This document shows, one piece after another, positions 46,412-54,143 of a stretch of 64,000 nucleotides of DNA. The notes beneath the pieces are model-generated. The model made no database searches. It was given only the letters and a program-made list of their open reading frames with translations, and was not told the DNA's origin. The stretch is taken from assembly GCA_036276115.1 (NCBI GenBank), contig DATBEM010000025.1, positions 1 to 64,000 of the forward strand, read 5' to 3'. A program made the translations under genes and the position numbers. This DNA comes from Trebonia sp. GTDB taxonomy: Bacteria > Actinomycetota > Actinomycetes > Streptosporangiales > Streptosporangiaceae. Position 1 is the first letter of the stretch, and the number at the start of each line of letters is the position of its first letter.

Positions 46412-47774
46412 TCAGGGTCCGGCCAAAGTCCCACATCAGCCCGGAGCCGCGGCTAGCGTCGTCCAGCACGTCGTCCAGGGCCTCCAGGAACAGCGTCACC
46501 TCGGCGTCGCTGATCATCAGCGGCGGAATGAGCTTGATCACTTCCATGTGGTCGCCGGAGACCTGGGTCAGGATGCGGTGCCGCTGGAAGAGGGCGACCA
46601 CGACCATCTGGGCGAACAGCCCGACCCGGGCCTTTTGCAGCATCGCCCACCCGGCTCGCGCCCGCATGCCCGACGGCCGGCCGAACTCGATGCCGATGAT
46701 CAGCCCGCGCCCGCGCACGTCCGCGATGAGGTCGTACTTCTTGCGCAGCCCGTCCAGCCCCGCCAGCAGCGCCGCCCCGGTCCGGGCGGCGTTCTCCACC
46801 AGGCCCTCGTCCTCGATGACGGCCAGCGCGGCCAGGCCCGCGGCCATGGCCAGCGGGCCACCCTTGAAGGTGGTCGAGTGAACCATGATGCGGTCCATGG
46901 AGGAGTAGACCGAGCTGAAGATCTTGTCGGTCGTCAGCATCGCCCCGACCGGCACGTAGCCGCCGGACAGGGCCTTGGCGACGGTGACGATGTCGGGCTG
47001 GACGTCCGGCTCGTGCTGGTAGGAGAAGAACCGCCCCGAGCGCCCCATTCCGGCCTGGACCTCGTCGCAGATCAGCAGGGCGCCGTGCTTGTGCAGGAGC
47101 GCGGCGGCGGCGGCGAGGTACCCGGGGGGCGCGGACAGCACGCCGTGCCCCTGGATCGGCTCGATGATCATCGCCGCCACGTCGCCCCGCTTGAGCTCGG
47201 CCTCTAGGGCCTCTAGCGACCCGAGCGGGATCTGGGCGCCGGGCAGCAGCGGCCCGAAGCCGCGCTTGAACTCATCCGCCCCGTTGACCGACAGCGACCC
47301 CGCGCTCAGCCCGTGGAAGCCGTGGACGGCGTACACGATCCGGCCCCGGCCGGTGAAGTAGCGCGCGAACTTCAGCGCCGACTCGACCGCCTCGCTGCCG
47401 CTGTTGCAGAAGAACACCCGCTCCATGCCCGGCGCGTGGGCCAGCAGCCGCCCGGCCAGCAGGCCGGCGATCGGCTGGCAGTCGAACTGGGTCCAGCTGG
47501 CGAAGTCCATGTCCAGCGCGTCGGCTAGGGCCTGCTTGATCACCGGGTGGCTGCGCCCGGCCGCGAACACGCCAAAGCCGCTCAGGAAATCGGCGTAGGC
47601 GTTCCCGGCCTCGTCGTACAAGTACGCGCCCTCGCCCCGCACGTAGACCTTGTCGAATCCGATCGTGTGCAGCGTGCGCGGCAACTGGTGGTTCAGGTAC
47701 TTGGTGTGCAGTTCGTACCCTTGCCCGGCGACGGCGTCCAGTTCAGCCTTCAGGTCAAAGCCCATGGAGGGCAT
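46389..47774 (-). CDS. Class III (fold-type I) PLP-dependent aminotransferase
   Basis: …FLSGFGVFAAGRSHPVI…, …DEVQAGMGRSGRFF… (the G in GMGR replaces the usual T of TG(F/L)GRTG), PLP lysine context …TVAKALSGG…; 461 aa. Confidence 0.85.
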   Translation of the reverse strand: MPSMGFDLKAELDAVAGQGYELHTKYLNHQLPRTLHTIGFDKVYVRGEGAYLYDEAGNAYADFLSGFGVFAAGRSHPVIKQALADALDMDFASWTQFDCQPIAGLLAGRLLAHAPGMERVFFCNSGSEAVESALKFARYFTGRGRIVYAVHGFHGLSAGSLSVNGADEFKRGFGPLLPGAQIPLGSLEALEAELKRGDVAAMIIEPIQGHGVLSAPPGYLAAAAALLHKHGALLICDEVQAGMGRSGRFFSYQHEPDVQPDIVTVAKALSGGYVPVGAMLTTDKIFSSVYSSMDRIMVHSTTFKGGPLAMAAGLAALAVIEDEGLVENAARTGAALLAGLDGLRKKYDLIADVRGRGLIIGIEFGRPSGMRARAGWAMLQKARVGLFAQMVVVALFQRHRILTQVSGDHMEVIKLIPPLMISDAEVTLFLEALDDVLDDASRGSGLMWDFGRTLIKQAVRS

Positions 47775-47787
47775 TTTAGGCTGAGTC

Positions 47788-48846
47788 TCAGCCCTGCTTG
47801 GCCGCGCGCCGGGCGAGGCGGCGGGGGCTGGTGAGGAACCCGAGCCCCCACGTCATGTGCATGGTGGCGAGCACGGCCGGCACCCGCGCCCGCACCGGCG
47901 CTGGCAGGTCCCGCGCGAGCACGAGGGCCGCCCCCGTCACCCCGGCCAGGTAGGCGGCGGGGATGACGAAACCGAGCGTGAGGTAGGGCAGGAGGCTGAC
48001 CATATCTTCAGCGAGAGCTACCGCCCCCACGACGCCGAGGACGGTCCCGGCGATGTTGGCGGCCGCGGCGGCCGGGGGCGCCAGGTACCGCCGGTTCACG
48101 GTCTCGGGGTAGCGGCGGGCGACGACACGCCGCCATCGTCCGTAGCGGAAGTGCTGGTGGGCCAGGGTGTAGAGGCTGGCCCGGGGCCGGTAGGTGACGC
48201 GCAGATCGGGGGTGAACCAGATCAGCCCGCCCCCGGCCCGGATCCGGTAGTTCAGCTCCCAGTCCTCGGCCACGATCATCGTCTCGTCGTAGCCGCCGGC
48301 CCGCTCGATCGCGTCCCGGCGATAGACCCCGAGGTAAACGGTGTCGGCCGGGCCGGCCTCGCCGCCGGTGTGGTTGGCGGCCGCGCCCATCCCGACCGGG
48401 GAGGTCATGCACCAGGCGACGGCCTGCTGGAACGGGGTGACGCCCTCGGCCGCCATGAGCCCGCCGACATCGGCCGCACCGGTCTCCGCGAGCGTGCGGA
48501 CGGCGGTGGCGAGGTACCCGTCGGGCAGCATGGCGTGGCCGTCGATGCGGGTGATCACGTCGTACCGGGCGGCCTTGATCGCCACGTTCATGGCCGAGGC
48601 GATCTTGCCCGAAGGATTCCGGACGACGGTGACCCGGGGGTCGGCCGCAGCGAGCTGGAGCGCGATCGGCTCGGTGCGGTCCCGCGAGGGCCCGACGGCA
48701 AGGACGAGCTCGAAGCCGCCCGCGTAGTCCTGCTCAAGCACGCGCGCCACGGCCTCGGCGAGGTGCCGTTCCTCGTTGCGGACCGGCATGACCACCGACA
48801 CGGCTGGCAGCGCGGGAGCTAGATCATCGTGAAAGTCGCCCGTCAC
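47788..48846 (-). CDS. GT2 glycosyltransferase with C-terminal TM helices (GtrB/ArnC/PpgS-like polyprenyl-phosphate glycosyltransferase)
   Basis: VVMPVRNEERHLAEAV…QDYAG…RDRTEPIA…, DxD-like EDWELN, two C-terminal TM helices; 352 aa. Confidence 0.8.
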   Translation of the reverse strand: MTGDFHDDLAPALPAVSVVMPVRNEERHLAEAVARVLEQDYAGGFELVLAVGPSRDRTEPIALQLAAADPRVTVVRNPSGKIASAMNVAIKAARYDVITRIDGHAMLPDGYLATAVRTLAETGAADVGGLMAAEGVTPFQQAVAWCMTSPVGMGAAANHTGGEAGPADTVYLGVYRRDAIERAGGYDETMIVAEDWELNYRIRAGGGLIWFTPDLRVTYRPRASLYTLAHQHFRYGRWRRVVARRYPETVNRRYLAPPAAAAANIAGTVLGVVGAVALAEDMVSLLPYLTLGFVIPAAYLAGVTGAALVLARDLPAPVRARVPAVLATMHMTWGLGFLTSPRRLARRAAKQG

Positions 48847-48913
48847 GCGAAGAAGTGTATGGGGCAGTACCGGATAATGCGGCGCGCTCCGCCGGAGCGC
48901 GCCGCATTCCGGT

Positions 48914-50296
48914 CTACAAGCTGGTGTCCTCCAGCATGTCGGTCACGAGCGCGGCGATCGCGGAGCGCTCGGAACGGGTCAGGGTGACGTGCGCGAACAG
49001 CGGGTGGCCCTTGAGCTTCTCGATGACCGCGACCACGCCGTCGTGCCGTCCGACCCGCAGGTTGTCGCGCTGGGCGATGTCGTGGGTCAGCACGACCCGC
49101 GAGCCGGTGCCGATCCGCGACAGCACGGTCAGCAGCACCCCGCGCTCCAGCGACTGCGCCTCGTCCACGATGACGAAGGCGTCGTGCAGGCTCCGGCCCC
49201 GGATGTGGGTCAGCGGCAGCACCTCGAGCATGTCGCGGGCGATGAGCTCGTCAATCACGTCCTGCGTTGTCACCGCGCCGAGGGTGTCGTAGACGGCCTG
49301 CGCCCACGGGTTCATCTTCTCGGCCTCGCTGCCCGGCAGGTAGCCGAGCTCCTGGCCGCCGACCGCGTACAGCGGCCGGAAGACGATCACCTTGCGGTGC
49401 TGGCGGCGCTCCATGACCGCCTCCAGCCCAGCGCAGAGCGCGAGGGCGGACTTGCCGGTGCCGGCCCGGCCGCCCATGCTGACGATCCCGACCTCGGCGT
49501 CCAGCAGCAGGTCGAGGGCGACCCGCTGCTCGGCCGAGCGGCCGTGCAGCCCGAACGCCTCCCGGTCGCCCCGGACGAGCTGGATCTGCTTGTCGGGCCG
49601 CACGCGGCCAAGGGCACTGGCGCTGCCGGTGGACAGCACCAGGCCGGTGTGGCAGGGGAAATCGCGGGCGGCCGCCAGGTCGAGCACACCGTTCTCGTAC
49701 AGGTCCTCAATGTCGCGGCTGGCGACGGCGAGCTCCGCCATGCCAGTCCACCCCGAGTCAGCCGGCAGCTCCGCGCGGTACTCCTGCGCCTCCAGGCCGA
49801 TCGCGGCGGCCTTGACCCGCAGCGGCACGTCCTTGCTGACCAGGACCACGTCGTGGCCCTCGTTAGCGAGGCTGCGGGCTACGGAGAGGATGCGGGTGTC
49901 GTTGTCCCCGAGCCGGAATCCGGCCGGGAGCACCTGCGCGTCGATGTGGTTGAGCTCGACCCGGAGCGTCCCGCCAACCGGGCCGACCGGGAGCTCGGTG
50001 TCCAGCCGCCCGTACTCCACTCGCAAGTCATCGAGGTGGCGCAGGGCCTGCCGGGCGAAGAACCCGAGCTCGGGGTGGTCACGCTTGGCTTCCAGCTCAG
50101 TGATGACGATGACGGGGATGACCACGTGATGCTCATCGAATCGCGTGATCGCCGCCGGGTCAGAGAGCAGGACGCTCGTGTCGAGGACGTAAGTACGCCG
50201 GTGGAACTCAGAGTTGGCCACGCAAACTCCCCTGGGCGCTGGCCAAGGCCGAGCGCCGCGGACAGGGACCCGTTGCCTCCGGTCCACCGGAAACAT
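48914..50296 (-). CDS. phoH2: PhoH2: N-terminal PIN-domain RNase fused to PhoH-like ATPase/helicase
   Basis: PIN acidic residues (YVLDTSVLL…, ITELE), PhoH Walker A GRAGTGKS and conserved …VIVDEAQ… box. Confidence 0.85.
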   Translation of the reverse strand: MFPVDRRQRVPVRGARPWPAPRGVCVANSEFHRRTYVLDTSVLLSDPAAITRFDEHHVVIPVIVITELEAKRDHPELGFFARQALRHLDDLRVEYGRLDTELPVGPVGGTLRVELNHIDAQVLPAGFRLGDNDTRILSVARSLANEGHDVVLVSKDVPLRVKAAAIGLEAQEYRAELPADSGWTGMAELAVASRDIEDLYENGVLDLAAARDFPCHTGLVLSTGSASALGRVRPDKQIQLVRGDREAFGLHGRSAEQRVALDLLLDAEVGIVSMGGRAGTGKSALALCAGLEAVMERRQHRKVIVFRPLYAVGGQELGYLPGSEAEKMNPWAQAVYDTLGAVTTQDVIDELIARDMLEVLPLTHIRGRSLHDAFVIVDEAQSLERGVLLTVLSRIGTGSRVVLTHDIAQRDNLRVGRHDGVVAVIEKLKGHPLFAHVTLTRSERSAIAALVTDMLEDTSL

Positions 50297-50682
50297 ACGA
50301 GTCCAGACGGACCGGGGCCGCCCCCGAAACGAGGGCCACGCCGGCCCTCTCGTGACGCGAACGCGTACAGGGGGCCTCCCGTGGGGACGGCCATGAAGCC
50401 GCCCGCCACTTCTGAAGGTACCCGTGATCCTGGCGTTATTAAAGCCTTTAATCCTGTGACTTTTGCCTGGCTATGCGGCAAAGCGGTGGTTACGTTCGCC
50501 TTAGAACCGAAGCGCCCATCCCGCCGGGCACGGGCCAGCCCCGGGTCTAGTCGCGCCCGACCAGGCCCGTTGGGATTACTACTTGACTTACTACCAATTC
50601 GCGCTAGAGTTCTAAGTGGATAGCTCGTGGCGATGGCGGTCAATCAGGTGATCGCCACCCCGGCGCCGACGGGAGGTGCGCG

Positions 50683-52659
50683 ATGGGCGGCTTCGTCACG
50701 GGGGACGACCCCGCCGGGCAGGCAACTCGGGCGCCGTCGCCTACCGCGGACGGCAGCTTCGCGCAGGGCGGCCCGAGCGATACCGCGCGCCCTGGTCCAT
50801 GGCAGGTGCTGGTTCTCAGCCATGCGTCGGGTCCTCATGGCCGGTGCGCGGGAATGGCCGACGATGAGGTGTTCGGCGTGCTGGGCCGTTGGGGGGCGGC
50901 GGAGTGCTGGGTAGCGGCCCGGAAGCTGGCGGTGGCCCGCGAACTGATCCGGCGCCGGCCCAGCGAGGAGAATCCCGGCGAGGCCACGCACTCCGGCTTG
51001 CCCTGGGAATGGGACGACCGGCTGGCCTACGAGGTGGCCTTGCACCTGCGGATGTCGATCCCGGCGGCACGGAAGCTGTTGCAGGCGGCGTGGGCGCTGG
51101 AGGCACGCCTGCCCCGGATCGGGCAGGCCCTGGACGAAGGTCGCGTCGACCTGGGACGGGCGCGGATGCTCGTCCAGGAGACCGACGTCCTCAGTGCGCC
51201 GGAGGAACTGCGGAGGGCCGAGGAACTGATCCTGGCCGGGCTGGACCGCTGCCAGACCTGGACCGACCTGCTCCGGCTGGCTCAGCGCGCCGTGGTCACG
51301 GTCGATCCCGCGGGCGCGGCTAAGCGCCGGCAGAAGGAGGAGCGCGAGAACGCCCGGGTCTCGTTCTGGCGCGAGGCCGCCGGGACCTGCGCCCTGCTCG
51401 GCTCCGGCCTGCCCACCGACGAGGCCCTGCAAGCCCACGCCCACGTGGACCGGCGCGCCCAGCAGTACCGCGCCGCCGGCATCAAGCGCCCGATCGGCAT
51501 CCTCCGCGTGGCCGCCTACCTCGACCTGCTCAACCTCGCCCCCGCCGCCGACCGCATCGCCCGCTTCCAAGCCGAAGACGCCACCGCCGGGGCGGCCCAG
51601 GCCGGCGACCGGGCCGGGAGAGCCGGGACGCCCCGCGACGCCCGGGACCCCGAGCATCCCGCAGCTACCCGGAATCCCGAGCCCGCCGCTCCCACCACGC
51701 CGAGCGCCGACGCCAGCGCGGGTGCCCAGGCCAGTGCGAGCACGGAGGCCAATGCTGGCGCCCAGGCCGCTGCTGGCGCCCAGGCCAATGCTGGCGCCCA
51801 GGCCAGCGGCGGCACGGAGGCCAATGCTGGCGCGGGCACGGAGGCCAGTACGGGCACGGAGGCCGGTGCCCGCGCGGAGGCCGGTGCGGGCAGCGGTCGC
51901 GGGACGGACGGATCCGGGCCTCCCGTCGCGGCGGAGGTCAACCTCGTGCTCAGGCACCTCGACATCCCGTTCCTCACCGCCGCCGGGCATGCCCAGCGAG
52001 CAGGGGAGGCCCGCAGCCTCGGCGTCCTGGACCCCGTGCTCGCCCGCCGGATCGCCGAGGCAGCCGCCCGGCACCCCGATAGCAAGTTCTGCCTGACCAT
52101 AGTCGACGAAAACGGCTGCGCCATTGGCCACGGCTGCTGCCGGCCTCGCCGGGCGCGGGGCGCGCGAAGTTCCCGGGAACGCCGCGAGGGGCAGTTCGAC
52201 GGCCCGCCGCCACCTCCCGCGCAAGGGTTTGCCCTCGCCCGGGCCGACGGGACCGGGCCACCGGGGGGCTTCGGCTCATGGCTGCTTACCCTGCCCGGCC
52301 AGGGCCGGGACTACGTCGTTGACTTGCACCCGGTCCCGACCGGGGAGTGCGGCCACCAGTATGAGTCCGCCGGCCACGACCCGGGCGATCGCCTCCGGCA
52401 CCTAGTCAACGTCCGCGATGGCAAGTGCGGCTTCCCGGCTTGCTCCCGCCATGCCAGGGAGACCGACTTCGAGCACGCGCGGCCATACGACCAGGGCGGC
52501 CGGACCTGCGGCTGCAACTGCTGGTCCTGCAGCCGCTCCTGCCACCGGGTCAAGCAGTCCCGCGGATGGAAGGTAGAGGAGGTCAAGCCCGGACACCACC
52601 AGTGGACGACGCCTTCCGGCCGCACCTACACCCAAGGCCCCTGGCGCTATCCCGTGTGA
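50683..52659 (+). CDS. DUF222 + HNH endonuclease domain protein (actinobacterial 13E12-repeat-family type), with internal low-complexity repeat region
   Basis: DUF222-like N-terminal region, C-terminal HNH (…CGFPACSRHARETDFEHARPYDQGGRTCGCNCWSCSRSCHRVKQ…); middle Ala/Gly/Gln/Asn/Thr/Glu repeats. Confidence 0.7.
   Translation: MGGFVTGDDPAGQATRAPSPTADGSFAQGGPSDTARPGPWQVLVLSHASGPHGRCAGMADDEVFGVLGRWGAAECWVAARKLAVARELIRRRPSEENPGEATHSGLPWEWDDRLAYEVALHLRMSIPAARKLLQAAWALEARLPRIGQALDEGRVDLGRARMLVQETDVLSAPEELRRAEELILAGLDRCQTWTDLLRLAQRAVVTVDPAGAAKRRQKEERENARVSFWREAAGTCALLGSGLPTDEALQAHAHVDRRAQQYRAAGIKRPIGILRVAAYLDLLNLAPAADRIARFQAEDATAGAAQAGDRAGRAGTPRDARDPEHPAATRNPEPAAPTTPSADASAGAQASASTEANAGAQAAAGAQANAGAQASGGTEANAGAGTEASTGTEAGARAEAGAGSGRGTDGSGPPVAAEVNLVLRHLDIPFLTAAGHAQRAGEARSLGVLDPVLARRIAEAAARHPDSKFCLTIVDENGCAIGHGCCRPRRARGARSSRERREGQFDGPPPPPAQGFALARADGTGPPGGFGSWLLTLPGQGRDYVVDLHPVPTGECGHQYESAGHDPGDRLRHLVNVRDGKCGFPACSRHARETDFEHARPYDQGGRTCGCNCWSCSRSCHRVKQSRGWKVEEVKPGHHQWTTPSGRTYTQGPWRYPV
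51700..51900 (+). repeat. Degenerate tandem repeats (units around gccaatgctggcgcccaggcc / ggcacggaggcc) inside the HNH gene
   Basis: Encodes ASAGAQASASTEANAGAQAAAGAQANAGAQASGGTEANAGAGTEASTGTEAGARAEAGAG; repeat read directly. Confidence 0.8.
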
Positions 52660-52662
52660 AAC

Positions 52663-53424
52663 CTAGCCGCCGAAGCGGCGGTTGCGCTCGGCGTAGGCCC
52701 GTAGCGCCCGCAGGAAGTCGACCTTGCGGAAGGCGGGCCAGTAGGCGTCGCAGAAGTAGAACTCCGAGTGGGTCGACTGCCACAGCAGGAAGCCACCCAG
52801 GCGCTGCTCGCCGCTGGTGCGGATGACGAGGTCGGGATCGGGCTGGCCGGCCGTGTAGAGGTGCTCGGCGATGTGCTCCACGTCGAGGATCTCGGCCAGT
52901 TCCTCGATCGTGGTGCCCTTGCTGGCGTACTCGTAGAGCATCGAGCGGACCGCGTCGGCGATCTCGCGGCGCCCCCCGTAGCAGACGGCGACGTTGACGA
53001 GCAGGCCCGGGTTGTCGGCCGTGTCCTCAGCCGCCTGCTTGAGCGTCCGGGCCATGTCGTCGGGCAGCAGGTCGAGGGCCCCCATGGGCTTCACGTGCCA
53101 GCCCTCGTCGACCAGGCCGGTCACGGTGTTCTCGATGATCTTCAGCAGCGGCCCGAGCTCCTCGGCCGGCCGGTTCAGGTTGTCGGTGGACAGCAGCCAC
53201 AAGGTGACGACCTCGACCCCGGTCTCCCGGCACCACTGCAGGAGCTCGAAGATCTTGTCGGCCCCCTTGCGGTGGCCCGTGCTGACGTCGCTCAGCCCGG
53301 CCATGCGCGCCCAGCGGCGGTTGCCGTCGCACATGACGCCTACGTGCTTGGGGATCCCCTTGCCGTGGAGCGAGGCTTCAAGCCTGCGCTCGTAGATCCG
53401 GTATGCCGGGCCGCGCAGATCCAT
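52663..53424 (-). CDS. Isoprenyl transferase, cis-prenyl diphosphate synthase (UppS family; short-chain Z-FPP synthase-like)
   Basis: HVGVMCDGNRRWA, …DNLNRP…, C-terminal RFGG; 253 aa. Confidence 0.85.
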   Translation of the reverse strand: MDLRGPAYRIYERRLEASLHGKGIPKHVGVMCDGNRRWARMAGLSDVSTGHRKGADKIFELLQWCRETGVEVVTLWLLSTDNLNRPAEELGPLLKIIENTVTGLVDEGWHVKPMGALDLLPDDMARTLKQAAEDTADNPGLLVNVAVCYGGRREIADAVRSMLYEYASKGTTIEELAEILDVEHIAEHLYTAGQPDPDLVIRTSGEQRLGGFLLWQSTHSEFYFCDAYWPAFRKVDFLRALRAYAERNRRFGG

Positions 53425-53525
53425 GAGTCGACCTTCCCCGCCTGCGGGCGACAGCGTCCGCCAACTTGATCATCCCTAGTCACGGTATCCGACCGGCACT
53501 GAGGCGGGGGTGAACTCAGAGAACG

Positions 53526-54104
53526 CTAAGAATCCGTGACCTCCTGGTCATCCGGGGTTTGCCCGGCGGATCCGGCACCCGGCCCCTGGGCGCGGACCTC
53601 CTCGACGTGCCGCAGCGCGGACCGCAGCTCGCTCAGCCAGGCATCGGCGTGCTGGCCAGTGAGCCGCACGCACCACGCGAGGGCGTCGGACCGGCTGCGG
53701 GCGACCCCGGCGTCCACGAGGGTGTCCAGGACGCGCCGCTCGGCCTGCCGCAGCCGGGTCATGACCGGGACCGACAGCGTAGTGAAGGTCTCGCTGGTGT
53801 CGCCGCACCGGACGCCCCAGGCGACCTTGCGGCGGAACCGGTGCTCGGCCTCGCGGGCGATCTCGATCCGCCGCTCGCGGGTGTCCTCGCGAAACCGCTT
53901 GATCCGCCCGGCGGTAAAGCCCTCGTCGGCCCCGTCACCGTCGCTGGCCGACAGGGTCCCGATGACGGTGATCTCCTCGCGGTCCACGACGACCTCGGCC
54001 GGCCCGGTGAACCACTCGCCGGGCAGCCGCCCGGCGAACCATCCGCTTACCTGCTCCTGTGTGCTCATGTAATTATGATTACACTGCAAGAAGTATTCGG
54101 TCAA
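53526..54104 (-). CDS. Hypothetical protein
   Basis: ORF with charged, Arg/Glu-rich composition; probable start at internal ATG ~54068 (MSTQEQVSGW…); no recognisable motif. Confidence 0.4.
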   Translation of the reverse strand: MTEYFLQCNHNYMSTQEQVSGWFAGRLPGEWFTGPAEVVVDREEITVIGTLSASDGDGADEGFTAGRIKRFREDTRERRIEIAREAEHRFRRKVAWGVRCGDTSETFTTLSVPVMTRLRQAERRVLDTLVDAGVARSRSDALAWCVRLTGQHADAWLSELRSALRHVEEVRAQGPGAGSAGQTPDDQEVTDS

Positions 54105-54143
54105 GCCGGGGCGAGGGAACGCTCCCTCGCCCCGGCTCGCGGG

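Noticed and set aside
50644-52224. 526-aa minus-strand ORF
   Set aside because: Antisense to the DUF222-HNH gene, whose plus-strand frame has the recognisable HNH motif.
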